64,000 nt of DNA from Candidatus Sericytochromatia bacterium (GTDB lineage Bacteria > Cyanobacteriota > Sericytochromatia > S15B-MN24 > UBA4093), in the NCBI GenBank assembly GCA_036676495.1, contig JAKFCT010000014.1:1-64000 (forward strand), in the 5' to 3' direction. The notes under the pieces were generated by a model. It had not been told where the DNA came from. It saw only the letters and a list, made by a program, of their open reading frames with translations, and ran no database searches. The translations under genes were made by a program, and so were the position numbers. Each line of letters starts with the position of its first letter. Positions within the stretch are counted from its first letter, which is position 1. This document shows positions 37,966 to 47,852 of the stretch, piece after piece.

Positions 37966-39986
37966 TTCAAGCTGTCGATCAGGTCTGCCGGCGCGTCGAG
38001 GGGGGCTCCTCCGGGCGCCGGCGTGGCCGTGCCGTCGAGCGGCACGTTCAAGAGCGGAACGCCTTCCGAGCCACTGGCCGGCTGGGTCGAGGGTTGCTCG
38101 GGCAATTCCGGCGGCGTGAAGGTCGAGGGCTTGGTATCCTTGAGGGCTACCCGCATGACCTTGTTCCAGATGGGAGCGCAGATGCCACCGCCGGTGGTGC
38201 CGCCGCGCATCTGCGAGTTGTCGTCGTTGCCGACCCAGACCACGGCGACCAGGTCGGGCGTGTAGCCCACGAACCACGCGTCCCGGTGGTCTGACGTGGT
38301 GCCGGTCTTGCCTGCCGCGGGGCGTCCGATGTTGGCGGCGGCGCCCGTGCCCCACTTCACGACGCCCTGGAGCACGTCGTTGAGGACGCGCACGGGGTTC
38401 TCGGGGTAGACCCGGCGAAGCTTGGGGGAGCGCTGCTCGATCAAGGCACCCGAGCGATCCTCGACCTTGCTGTAGGCCAGGGGTTCGGTACGCATGCCCT
38501 CCGCGGCGAAGACGCCGAAGGCCGATGCCAGCTCCAGCGGAGTCACCTCGGAGGTGCCCAGGGCCAGCGAGAGGTTGGGCCTCAATTCGCTTTGCAAGCC
38601 AACCATGTGCGAGGTCTCGATGACGTTCTCCAGGCCCACCCGCTGGGCCAGCTTGACGGCGATGACGTTGTTCGAGCGTTCGAGGGCCTTGCGGAGCGGC
38701 ATGGCCCCGGAATGCTTGCCGTCGTAGTTCTTGGGAGTCCAGACTTGGCCGGCCCCGGCGTCGAAGGAGACGGGATCGTCGACCATCGGGGTCCACGGCC
38801 AGAGGCCGGAGTTGAAGGCCGCGAGGTAGACGAAGGGCTTGAAGGCCGATCCGGGTTGGCGATAGGCCTGGATGACGCGATTGAACTTCGAGGCCTTGTA
38901 GTCCACGCCCCCGACCATGGCCTTGATGAAGCCGGTCTTGGGCTCGATGACCACGATGGCACCCTGGCTGAAGTTCAGCCGCTTGCCGTGCTTCGCGATG
39001 CTCTCCTTGAGCAGGCGCTCGGCTTCCAGTTGAAGATCCAGGTCGAGCGTCGAGTGGATACGCAGGCCGCCCTTCATCACGGTGTCCTCGCCGTAGCGGG
39101 TGATGAGCTGTTGGATCAGGTAGGAGCTGAAGTACGGGGCGCGGTACGCATAGCTGGTGATGCCCGTGAGCGTGATGGGTTGAGCTTTGGCCGCCTCGGC
39201 CTGGCGATCGGTGATGAAGCCGGCCGTGACCATGCGCTGCAGGGCGACGCTTTGACCGCGCTTGGCGAGGTCCATGTTGCGGTAGGGCGAGTAGCGCTCG
39301 GGGCCGCGCAGGAGGTACGCGAGCATGGCGCTCTCGGCGAGCGTCAGGTCCCGGGTGTGCTTGCCGAAGTAGTTGAGGCCGGCCGCTTCGACCCCATAGG
39401 TGTTATGGCCCCAGTAGACCTGGTTCAGGTACAGCTCCAGGATCTGATCCTTGGAGTAGCGCTGTTCGATCTGGATGGCGAGCCATGCTTCCGCGAGCTT
39501 TCGGGTGATGTTCTTGGAGCGATCCAGAAAGAGGTTCTTGGCGAGCTGCTGGGTGAGGGTGCTGCCTCCCTGGACCGAGCCGCCCTCGGCGATGTCGGTC
39601 AGCAGCGCCCGCAGCATGCCGCGCGGGCTGATGCCCTGGTGCTGGTAGAAGCGATCGTCCTCGACGGCGATGATGGCCTGTTGGAGATGCTTGGGAATCT
39701 CTCCCAGGGGAACGACCACCCGGTTCTCTTCGCCGTGCAGGTTGGCGACGAGCTGCCCCTTGGCGTCGTAAATCTTGGAGGTCTCGAAGGGCACGTAGCC
39801 CTCCAGGGAGCTCACGTCGGGAAGCGACGAGAGGGCCAGTGCCAGCCCGATGGCCGCTCCCAGGCCGGCGAAGCCGACCTGGGCGAAGACGAAGGCCGCG
39901 ACCTCACGCGGTCTCAACGACCGCGTGGGGCCCGTACGGGCTTTGGGGGCCTTGGCCTGATTGGGCCGGGGGGGCTGGTTGGGCAC
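37962..39986 (-). CDS. Class A penicillin-binding protein (PBP1A family)
   Basis: EDDRF..H.G, GGSTLTQQLAKN, RQPGSAFK, SNN, AGKTGT. Confidence 0.95.
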   Translation of the reverse strand: MPNQPPRPNQAKAPKARTGPTRSLRPREVAAFVFAQVGFAGLGAAIGLALALSSLPDVSSLEGYVPFETSKIYDAKGQLVANLHGEENRVVVPLGEIPKHLQQAIIAVEDDRFYQHQGISPRGMLRALLTDIAEGGSVQGGSTLTQQLAKNLFLDRSKNITRKLAEAWLAIQIEQRYSKDQILELYLNQVYWGHNTYGVEAAGLNYFGKHTRDLTLAESAMLAYLLRGPERYSPYRNMDLAKRGQSVALQRMVTAGFITDRQAEAAKAQPITLTGITSYAYRAPYFSSYLIQQLITRYGEDTVMKGGLRIHSTLDLDLQLEAERLLKESIAKHGKRLNFSQGAIVVIEPKTGFIKAMVGGVDYKASKFNRVIQAYRQPGSAFKPFVYLAAFNSGLWPWTPMVDDPVSFDAGAGQVWTPKNYDGKHSGAMPLRKALERSNNVIAVKLAQRVGLENVIETSHMVGLQSELRPNLSLALGTSEVTPLELASAFGVFAAEGMRTEPLAYSKVEDRSGALIEQRSPKLRRVYPENPVRVLNDVLQGVVKWGTGAAANIGRPAAGKTGTTSDHRDAWFVGYTPDLVAVVWVGNDDNSQMRGGTTGGGICAPIWNKVMRVALKDTKPSTFTPPELPEQPSTQPASGSEGVPLLNVPLDGTATPAPGGAPLDAPADLIDSLN

Positions 39987-39993
39987 GGAGAAC

Positions 39994-40767
39994 CTAGGCG
40001 AGCGCGGCCCGCAGCAGCATGTCCATGGCCTTGGCCGCCTTGGCGGCGACGTCCACGACTTCTCCGTGCGAGGTGGTGGCCTGGGTCTCGGCCGTGGTCG
40101 CGATGTTGGTGATACAGGAGATGCCGATCACCGAGAGGCCCCGCGAGGCGGCATAGGCCGATTCAGGGACGGTGGACATGCCCACGGCGTCGCCGCCGAT
40201 CCGCTGCAGCCAGGTGATCTCCGCCGGGGTCTCGTAGGAGGGACCCAGCAGGCCGACGTAGGTGCCGCGGCGCAGCGTGAAGGGCGCGTGCTTCGTCGCC
40301 CAGTCCGCGAGGCGCTCGCGCCACGCGGCGTCGTAGACGGAGGCCGGGGTCAGGGCCTTGGCGGCCTCGGCACCCTGCACGCCCATGAGGTTGATGTGAT
40401 CGTCGATCAGCATCAGGTCCCCGGCCACCCAGTCCCGCAGGCCGCCGGCCGCGTTGGTCAGGATGATCCGGCGGATGCCGATCTGCTCGAAGAGCCGCAT
40501 GATGGCCGTGGCCGACTCGAGCGGATGCCCCTCGTAGAGGTGGAAGCGGCCCCGGGCGATCGCGACGACCGGTCCGCCCGGCACCCGTCCTACCGTGAGC
40601 ACGCCGGCATGGCCTGCCACCGTGGTCTCCGGCAGGCCGGGAATCTCGCTGTAGGGAATGTCGAGGCGATCTTCCAGGTCTTCGAGCACCACGATGCCGG
40701 AACCGAGCACGATGCCCACTTCGGGCATCACCGGCAGGGAGGGCAGGAGGGGGGATTTTTCGGTCAC
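39994..40767 (-). CDS. punA: Purine-nucleoside phosphorylase
   Basis: IVLGSG, GRFHLYEG, TNAAGG, GPSYETPAE, VGMSTVPE. Confidence 0.92.
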   Translation of the reverse strand: MTEKSPLLPSLPVMPEVGIVLGSGIVVLEDLEDRLDIPYSEIPGLPETTVAGHAGVLTVGRVPGGPVVAIARGRFHLYEGHPLESATAIMRLFEQIGIRRIILTNAAGGLRDWVAGDLMLIDDHINLMGVQGAEAAKALTPASVYDAAWRERLADWATKHAPFTLRRGTYVGLLGPSYETPAEITWLQRIGGDAVGMSTVPESAYAASRGLSVIGISCITNIATTAETQATTSHGEVVDVAAKAAKAMDMLLRAALA

Positions 40768-40789
40768 GTCGGGGATCTCCTCTCAGGGG

Positions 40790-41347
40790 TCATGGGCGGG
40801 AGTCGGGCTGGGACGTCCAGACCGCCTCGGTGGCATTGAGATTCTTCAAGTGTTCGTACTGGTGAATGAACATCCCTTCGACCAGGCGCATGGCCCGGCG
40901 CCACGGCCGAGTTTCCGGCGAAAGGGGAGTCACCAGGATGGGGTGGGCTCCCAGGCGGTTGCCCCCCAGCACGTCGGTGAAAAGCTGATCTCCGACGATC
41001 GCGACCTCGCGCGGCTGGAGGTTCATCGCGGCGAGCGCCCGGCGAAAGCCCTGGCGACGCGGCTTGAACGCCTGGTGCAGGCAGGGCAGGTCGAGATCCT
41101 CCGCCACGCGGGTCACGCGCTCTCCGGAGTTATTGTTGGAGACGATGTAGAGCTGGAACTCGCTGCGCATCGCGCCGATCCACTCCCGCACCTGATCGGC
41201 GGCGGTATGCGAGATCGCGGTCACCAGGGTCTCGTCCAGATCTAGGATCAAGCCCCGGATCCCATGGGCTTTCAGGTAGTCTGGTGTGATGTCGGCGACC
41301 GAAGCAACCCAGACCTTCGGTGCCAGGAGTCCAAATGGATTCGTCAT
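40790..41347 (-). CDS. yqeG: YqeG family HAD IIIA phosphatase
   Basis: ILDLDETL, VSNN, KP, VGDQLFTDVLGGNRLG. Confidence 0.92.
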   Translation of the reverse strand: MTNPFGLLAPKVWVASVADITPDYLKAHGIRGLILDLDETLVTAISHTAADQVREWIGAMRSEFQLYIVSNNNSGERVTRVAEDLDLPCLHQAFKPRRQGFRRALAAMNLQPREVAIVGDQLFTDVLGGNRLGAHPILVTPLSPETRPWRRAMRLVEGMFIHQYEHLKNLNATEAVWTSQPDSRP

Positions 41348-41452
41348 ACGCCTATCTTACCACCGATTTCGGCCCCGGAACCCCGATTCGCGCGCTAAAC
41401 GCCGCGCAAGCCTCGCTCGCCGAAACCTCGCCCGCGCCCCATGGAGGGCTCG

Positions 41453-42475
41453 CTACTTGCCGCGAATCCGCCGCTGAGCCGCCAAGTGCTCCGCGTAACT
41501 GCGCGTGAATTGATGCGTTCCGTCCCCCCGCGCCACGAAGTAGAGCATCGGCGTCTCCTGGGGGTTCAGGGTCGCCTTCAGGCTGGCCAGGCCCGGATTG
41601 GCGATCGGACCCGGCGGAAGCCCCACGTTGCGGTACGTATTGTACGGGGAGTTCACCTTCACGTCCTTGAAGCTCAGGCCCTTCGATCCCTGTTTCCAGC
41701 CCAGCGCGTACTCGACCGTCGGATCCGATCCGAGCGGCATGCGAAGCCTCAAGCGATTGTAGAAGACTCCGGCAATCAGCGGGCGCTCAGGCGGATGTTG
41801 GGCCTCCAGCTCCACGATCGACGCCAGGGTGACCGTGCGGAACAGGTCCAAGCGCGGCGAGGCCTGCGCCTCCCAAGCCGGCAAGCCCACCTTCTCGAAG
41901 CGGGACAGCATCAGGGAAATCAGGGCCTCCTCGGGAATCTGCGTGCCCCCGTACTCGTACGTATCGGGGAAGAGGAAGCCTTCAAGCGTGGCGCCCTCTG
42001 GAAAGTCCCGTAGCCAGGTGAACCGCTCCTCGAAGCGATCCGGATCCGCGGCGAGCTCCATGAAGCGATCGGCCGACCCGATTCCCTGGGCCTCGAGGAC
42101 CTGGGCCATCTGGCGAACGGAGTACCCTTCGGGGAAGGTGAGGCGTTTCTGTTCGGCCTTGCCCTGCACCATCCAGCGGAGGATTTCCCGAGGGCTCATG
42201 GCCGGAGTCAGCGCGTAGAAGCCCGCCTTGAGGCGGCTCTCGCTTCCCGTGAGGCTGGCCAGCAACCGAAAGGTCCAGGCGCTGCGGATGAAGCCCTGCT
42301 CCTGGAGCGCGGCCGCGACCTGCCCCACTCCGCTGCCGGCCGCGACCGAGAACATCCGGGTCGGAGCCCCGGGGGCGGCTGCGGGGGTCACGCTGAGCAT
42401 CGCACCAACCAGGAGGAGGCTGGCGGCAAGCCCACCGGCCAGCATGATCGTGCGGCGCCTATCAAGCCGAGCCAT
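41453..42475 (-). CDS. mltG: Endolytic transglycosylase MltG
   Basis: TFPEG, LEGFLFPDTY, LASIVE.E, SPYNTY..GLPPGPIANPG. Confidence 0.95.
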   Translation of the reverse strand: MARLDRRRTIMLAGGLAASLLLVGAMLSVTPAAAPGAPTRMFSVAAGSGVGQVAAALQEQGFIRSAWTFRLLASLTGSESRLKAGFYALTPAMSPREILRWMVQGKAEQKRLTFPEGYSVRQMAQVLEAQGIGSADRFMELAADPDRFEERFTWLRDFPEGATLEGFLFPDTYEYGGTQIPEEALISLMLSRFEKVGLPAWEAQASPRLDLFRTVTLASIVELEAQHPPERPLIAGVFYNRLRLRMPLGSDPTVEYALGWKQGSKGLSFKDVKVNSPYNTYRNVGLPPGPIANPGLASLKATLNPQETPMLYFVARGDGTHQFTRSYAEHLAAQRRIRGK

Positions 42476-42487
42476 GGGGCGTTCCTC

Positions 42488-44545
42488 CTAGTCGAGGGGG
42501 TCGATGATGCGGCCGCTGAAGATCTCGGCGGCCTTGCCGACCACATCGTCCGAGGCGGGCGGCGGCGGGGGCCGGTCCATGAGCGGGGCTAGCGGGACGC
42601 CGAGCCCGAGGTCTTCGGTCGACTCCGTGGAAGACTCGCCCCAGCCCTCGTCGGGCGGCGGTTCGCGATCCGGAGGCTCGAAGTCCATGGGGGCGTCCAT
42701 GGGCGGTTCGACATGCATCGGGGCCGGCTCGGTGACCTCGGGAACCCGCGCTTCCGCTGGCGCGTTGGCCACGGGCGCAGGAGCAGTCGGGACCGCCGGG
42801 GCGGGGGCAGCATGGGGAACGGAACGTTCGGCAGCCGGAGCGGGCGGTGGACTTGGTGGCTGCGGGGCCGACGGAGGCGCAGCCGAGGCAGGCGCAGCGG
42901 CCACCGGGGCGCTCGTGACCTCGAAGGTGAGCTGGAAGCGCGCATTGGCCCCGAAGGTCGCCTTGATGGCCTTCTCGATGTAGGCGCGCCGGTCCTGTTT
43001 CTCGAAGAACATCTTGACCGTGGGCTTGATGCCGATGGTGACGGTCTCCGACTCGAAGCGCGCGAAGACCCCGTGCTGGGAGAGAAGGCTGCCGGTGCTG
43101 CGATGGACCCGGTTGACGCCATCGATCACCTTGCCGAGCACGTCCGCTCCGCCGGCCGCTGCCACGGGCATGGCGGCGGGGCGCGCTTCCGGCTCACGGG
43201 CGGGGGCTGGACGCGGCGCGTCGTGCGGGGGCTCGGTGGGGGCGGGGCTCGCCGGCCGAGACGGTGCGGGAGCGGACGGCGCCGGAGCGGAGACCGGGGG
43301 AGGCGCAGGCCGCGCGGGCGCGACGTCGCGCGCCACGGGACGGACACCGCCCTGCGACAACGCCGCGAGACGCTCCTCGAGATCCGAGACGCGCTCGGCG
43401 AGCGCCTTGATGGAGGGGATCTCGTCACGGCTGGCGAGGCGAATCGCCGCTGCTTCCAGCCAGATCGTCATCTGATGCGAGCCCTTGAGCAAGGCCTCGG
43501 TTTCGCGCAGCACTTCCAGGGAGTAAAGGATGTCGCCGGCGGAGAAGCGATCCGTGAGGGGCTTGAGGCCGTCCAAGAGCCATGAGGGGACGTCCAGGGC
43601 TGCCGCGCGATCGCCGGCCATCTGAAGCAGCATGAGGTGCCGGTAAAGCTCCATCCACTCGCGCAGGACGGCGTGGTGATCGTAGCCGCGGGCGAGTAAG
43701 GCCTGGATCAAAGCGATCGCCTCGGCAGGCTGACGATCCGCCAGCGCTTGGCCCAGGCCGATCACGGCCTCCGCGGACATCAAGCCCAGGGCGTTGAAGA
43801 CGTCCTCGGCGGAGATGGTCTCGGATCCCGTGGAGATGACCTGATCCAGCAGTGAGAGGGCATCGCGCAGGCCGCCGTCGGCGCGCTTCGCCAAGGCCTC
43901 GATGCCGGCACGGGCGACGGAGACGCGCTCCTCGGCCGCAATTCGCTCCAGGTGATCGACCATGGACGGGAAGGGGATGCGCTGGAAGTCGAAGCGCTGG
44001 CACCGCGAGATGACGGTCGGAAGCACCTTGTGAACGTCGGTGGTGGCCAGGATGAAGACGAGGTTCGGCGGGGGTTCCTCGATGGTCTTGAGCAGCGCGT
44101 TGAAGGCCGCGTTGCTCAGCATGTGGACCTCGTCGATGATGTAGACCTTGTAGCGCCCCGCCACCGGAGCGAAGCGCACCTTCTCGCGGAGATCGCGGGC
44201 GTCGTCGACACCGTTGTTGGAGGCCGCGTCGATCTCGATCACATCGACGAAAGACCCGTCGGTGATACCCTTGCAAGCAGGACAAGCCGCGGCGAGGCTC
44301 GCGGGATCGTCCCGGCGAACCACGCAGGGGTTCGGAGTCGGTCCCTTCTCGCAGTTCAACGCCTTGGCGAGGATGCGGGCGCTCGAGGTCTTACCGGTGC
44401 CCCGTGGGCCCGTGAAGAGGAAGGCATGCGCAATCTTGCCATGCGTGATGGCATTTCCCAAGGTACGGGAAATGTGCTCCTGTCCGACGAGATCGGAAAA
44501 GGTCTGGGGACGGTGCTTTCGGTAGAGTGCCTGGCGCTCGGACAT
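42488..44545 (-). CDS. dnaX: DNA polymerase III subunit gamma/tau
   Basis: LYRKHRP, GPRGTGKT, EIDAASN, IIDEVHML, SRC; Pro/Ala-rich linkers. Confidence 0.97.
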   Translation of the reverse strand: MSERQALYRKHRPQTFSDLVGQEHISRTLGNAITHGKIAHAFLFTGPRGTGKTSSARILAKALNCEKGPTPNPCVVRRDDPASLAAACPACKGITDGSFVDVIEIDAASNNGVDDARDLREKVRFAPVAGRYKVYIIDEVHMLSNAAFNALLKTIEEPPPNLVFILATTDVHKVLPTVISRCQRFDFQRIPFPSMVDHLERIAAEERVSVARAGIEALAKRADGGLRDALSLLDQVISTGSETISAEDVFNALGLMSAEAVIGLGQALADRQPAEAIALIQALLARGYDHHAVLREWMELYRHLMLLQMAGDRAAALDVPSWLLDGLKPLTDRFSAGDILYSLEVLRETEALLKGSHQMTIWLEAAAIRLASRDEIPSIKALAERVSDLEERLAALSQGGVRPVARDVAPARPAPPPVSAPAPSAPAPSRPASPAPTEPPHDAPRPAPAREPEARPAAMPVAAAGGADVLGKVIDGVNRVHRSTGSLLSQHGVFARFESETVTIGIKPTVKMFFEKQDRRAYIEKAIKATFGANARFQLTFEVTSAPVAAAPASAAPPSAPQPPSPPPAPAAERSVPHAAPAPAVPTAPAPVANAPAEARVPEVTEPAPMHVEPPMDAPMDFEPPDREPPPDEGWGESSTESTEDLGLGVPLAPLMDRPPPPPASDDVVGKAAEIFSGRIIDPLD

Positions 44546-44682
44546 GGCGAGGATTATACCACGAGCTTTTTGCCCCGGGCTCCGAGGCGACCAATCCGCA
44601 TGCATTGAAGTTTTGTCTCGGAGCGCATACCCGGTTGATTATCGGGCCATTGTCTGCCACCATGAGACCCGAGGAAAGTCAA

Positions 44683-45945
44683 TTGACGCCGACTGCCGCC
44701 AGCCTCCCGCAAGCCGCGACCCACTCTGCCCCGGGACCGCTCGTGCCCCGAGGGATTTGGGGCATGGTTGCAGCCGCCTTGCTCTTCCTGCCGCTCTCCT
44801 CGGCCGTCTCGGCCGTGCTTTACCTGATTGCCGCCGCAAGCTTCTTCGTCTGGCGCCGTCGCCATCGCATGCCTCCCTTGCCGGTCGCAGGACGCCTCGG
44901 GGCCGTCATCCTGGGAGGCGTTTGCCTCTCGGCCGCCTTTTCCGTCACGCCCGCCATCAGTTGGGCCTCCGTCCTGCTGACCGGAGGCTACCTCTTGGTC
45001 ATCTGGGTGACGGCCGGGTCTCTCGATACCCCCGAGCGTCTCTGGCAAGCCCAGCGCATCCTCTTCTGGGGAGCCGTGGTCTGGGCGGCCGTCGGGATCG
45101 TGATCTCGCTCGCGGGCTTCCAGTGGACCTTCAACAACGCCGGCATCTTCATCACGCTGGGCACCTGGGACCACCGGGCGAACTCGATCTTCATGCATCC
45201 CAACATCCTTTCGGGCTACCTCTTGATCAGCACGGGGATCGGGCTGTCCTTGCGGACCCGGGAGGGCTTCAGCCGCCGCATGCGCTACAATTCCGGACTC
45301 GCCGTCATCCTGCTTTGCCAGCTCTTGACGCAGTCGCGTTCCGGTTGGATCGGGACTGCCGTGGCCCTCTTGCTCGCAGGCCTGCTGATCGATCGCAAGA
45401 TCCTGGTCAAGGCGGCGCTCGGCCTGGGAGTCGGCCTAATCTTCTTCTACCAGATGATCTGGAACCGGCTCATCACCCTGTCTCAATCGGAGTTCGGAAG
45501 CAATCTCAACCGCACGCGCGTCTGGCATAGCGCCCAGGAGATGATCGCGGACCGTCCGATCTTCGGCTTCGGCCCCGGGTCGTGGACCCAGGCCTATCCG
45601 GCGTACCGCGACCCCCTGGAGTGGGAGAACCTCCAGAACGCGCATTCGTTCTATCTCCACATGGGCGCGGAATACGGCCTGATCGTCCTCGCACTGCTGC
45701 TTGCCTTGACCCTCGGTTTGACCTGGAAGACCGTGACGGAAACGCGCGGCCGACCTCACTGGTGGGCGCCCTCCATGGTCATGGCATGCGTGGTGGTCGG
45801 CTACCTGGTCACGGGCCTCTTCGAGTTCATCTTCTCGGAAGGCCGCAACTCCGTCATCTTCTTCATTCTCTTGGGAATGCTCGCGGCCATGCGCCGGTTC
45901 GTGGCGGCGGAAAAATCCGACGTCAGGGCGTCGGACTCGGAGTGA
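44683..45945 (+). CDS. O-antigen ligase family membrane protein
   Basis: Multi-TM; HPN, TQSRSGW, PIFGFGPG, NAHSFYL..AEYG; start 44662 or TTG 44683. Confidence 0.88.
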   Translation: MTPTAASLPQAATHSAPGPLVPRGIWGMVAAALLFLPLSSAVSAVLYLIAAASFFVWRRRHRMPPLPVAGRLGAVILGGVCLSAAFSVTPAISWASVLLTGGYLLVIWVTAGSLDTPERLWQAQRILFWGAVVWAAVGIVISLAGFQWTFNNAGIFITLGTWDHRANSIFMHPNILSGYLLISTGIGLSLRTREGFSRRMRYNSGLAVILLCQLLTQSRSGWIGTAVALLLAGLLIDRKILVKAALGLGVGLIFFYQMIWNRLITLSQSEFGSNLNRTRVWHSAQEMIADRPIFGFGPGSWTQAYPAYRDPLEWENLQNAHSFYLHMGAEYGLIVLALLLALTLGLTWKTVTETRGRPHWWAPSMVMACVVVGYLVTGLFEFIFSEGRNSVIFFILLGMLAAMRRFVAAEKSDVRASDSE

Positions 45946-47059
45946 GGGCGTTCGCCAGCGTCCGGTAGAGATCGTGCGTCTCGCGGGCCATGTGGCGGTG
46001 GCTGAAGCCTTTGGCCCGCTCACGCGCCTCAGCGGAGTACCGCGCCATGCGATCCGGATCGCTCAGCAGGGCGTCGAGGGCGTCCGACCAGGTTTCGGGG
46101 CCGGCGTCCAGCGGGACCAGGTCTCCTTCGCGTCCCGGCCGGACCAGGCCGCGAAGGGCGGGCAAGTCGGTGGCCAAGACGGGTAAGCCACAAGCCATCG
46201 CCTCCAAAGCGGCCATTCCGAAGGCCTCCTTGCGGGACGGTGTCACGAAGAGATCGTAGGAACGCAAGACGTTTCCGAGATCCGCCCGTTCCCCCAGCCA
46301 GCGGACCGCATGCGTCATCCCGAGCTCCTGGGTCAAGCGCTCGAGGCGGGGGCGCTCGGGGCCGTTTCCGACGATACCCAGGAACACGTTCGGATGGCGC
46401 TCTCGCAATCGCGGCAGGGCCTTGAGCATCAAATCGACCCCCTTGAAGGGATCCAGGCGATTGACCATGCCGATGAGAAGGCTGCCGGCCGGGATGCCCA
46501 GGTCCTGCTTGAGGGTAACCGAGGGGCCATCGAGGCTTTCGAGGTCGATGCCGTTGGGAACGATCCGGGTCATGGCGGCATTCAGCCCGTAGCGCAGCAA
46601 GCGGGCCTGCTCGGGCTCGGACACGGCGATCACGGCCTCGGCCGTCGCGTTCAGCATGAGGCCCGCCTTCATGTAATCCAGCTCGACATGGTAGCCGTGG
46701 GCCGTGAAGACGCGGGGCACCGCCGGAGCCGCCAGCTTCGCCGCCCAGACCAGCTCCATGGCCGCATGGACGTGAACGAGTTCCGTGCCCTGAGCGGCGT
46801 CCGTGCGGATGGCCGAAACCCAGGCCGGCATGCTCCAGATAGACGGGGCGGGAAGCGGTAGGATGGGCAAGCCCGCTGCGCGGAAGGCGTCACGCGCCGG
46901 ACCGTCCGGCAGGGCGATGCGGACCGCGACTCCGGCTTCCTGAAGGCCTCGGCTGAGCAGCAAGACGTGCCGTTCGGTGCCTCCGACGTTGCCGTAGGGC
47001 AGCAGCATGAGGACCCGTCGAGGCCAGGAGGGCGTGGGCAGGGAAGAGGCGTCATGCAT
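45923..47059 (-). CDS. Glycosyltransferase family 4
   Basis: GGTERH, VPNGID, KG, EAFGMAALEAMACGLPV. Confidence 0.93.
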   Translation of the reverse strand: MHDASSLPTPSWPRRVLMLLPYGNVGGTERHVLLLSRGLQEAGVAVRIALPDGPARDAFRAAGLPILPLPAPSIWSMPAWVSAIRTDAAQGTELVHVHAAMELVWAAKLAAPAVPRVFTAHGYHVELDYMKAGLMLNATAEAVIAVSEPEQARLLRYGLNAAMTRIVPNGIDLESLDGPSVTLKQDLGIPAGSLLIGMVNRLDPFKGVDLMLKALPRLRERHPNVFLGIVGNGPERPRLERLTQELGMTHAVRWLGERADLGNVLRSYDLFVTPSRKEAFGMAALEAMACGLPVLATDLPALRGLVRPGREGDLVPLDAGPETWSDALDALLSDPDRMARYSAEARERAKGFSHRHMARETHDLYRTLANALTPSPTP

Positions 47060-47852
47060 GGGATCGATTCACCACAAACGCCATGGGGATGAAGACGAAG
47101 AGGCCCAGCAGGGCGATGGTCCCTCCGCCCTGAATCGGCAGGCCGGTCTCGGCCCAGCGCCAAAGGTCGAGCTGCTGGGACATCGAGAAGAACGCGACCC
47201 AGCTCGCATGGATGCCGACCGCAAGCCAGATGGAGCCGGTGCGCAGGGTACCGAGGGCCAGGACCAATCCCGCCACGACCAGCACGGCGAACATGACCAG
47301 GTCGTTCCACGTGAAGGACGTCCGAATGAAGTGAAGCGCGGCGTAAAGCAGGGCTGAGATCAGCACGGCGCGCCATTCCGGATGGTCGACGGCCAGCGTC
47401 CGCAGGAAGAAGCCGCGAAAGAGGATCTCCTCGCTGATCGCGAAGGCCAGGGAAGCCGCCAGAATCCCGAGCATGAGGCCGAGAGGCCACTGGGTGGGAG
47501 GCGCGAACTGGGCCCAGCCCAAGCGCATCTCGATGCCCATGACGACGGCGAGGCCGCCCGAGCCGACCAGTACCCCGCGGAGGAACTGAAGGCCGGAGGG
47601 CCTCAGGCCCATCTCCGACCAGGGGCGGCGCAAGCGCCGGCGCCAGATGAGGGCGACCAGCGCCACCAGCCAGAGGTAAAGCCCGACCATGTAGGCGGTG
47701 AGATAGGGGGCGGGGATCTCGGCCGGGGTCAGCAGGATCGCGACGGGCTGTCTCGCGAGGCCGAGCAGGATCAGGACCCAGGCGATGATTCCGGCGACGA
47801 GCGCGCCGAAGAAGCCTCCGAGGACTTTGGCAGAGCTAGGCTCAGCGCCCAT
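47052..47852 (-). CDS. CPBP (Abi/CAAX) family intramembrane metalloprotease
   Basis: EEILFRG, YAALH, GSIW.AVGIH. Confidence 0.9.
   Translation of the reverse strand: MGAEPSSAKVLGGFFGALVAGIIAWVLILLGLARQPVAILLTPAEIPAPYLTAYMVGLYLWLVALVALIWRRRLRRPWSEMGLRPSGLQFLRGVLVGSGGLAVVMGIEMRLGWAQFAPPTQWPLGLMLGILAASLAFAISEEILFRGFFLRTLAVDHPEWRAVLISALLYAALHFIRTSFTWNDLVMFAVLVVAGLVLALGTLRTGSIWLAVGIHASWVAFFSMSQQLDLWRWAETGLPIQGGGTIALLGLFVFIPMAFVVNRSHA

Noticed and set aside
42488-43400. Programmed frameshift or slippage producing a DnaX gamma subunit
   Set aside because: No A-run slippery site seen on the coding strand; the low-complexity parts are ordinary Pro/Ala linkers
44546-44682. SRP RNA or tRNA upstream of dnaX, as in many bacteria
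   Set aside because: Short divergent promoter region with no cloverleaf or SRP loop motif
47052-47852. CPBP/Abi protein as a phage-defence gene
   Set aside because: The family name is historical; the context is an envelope operon with no defence genes
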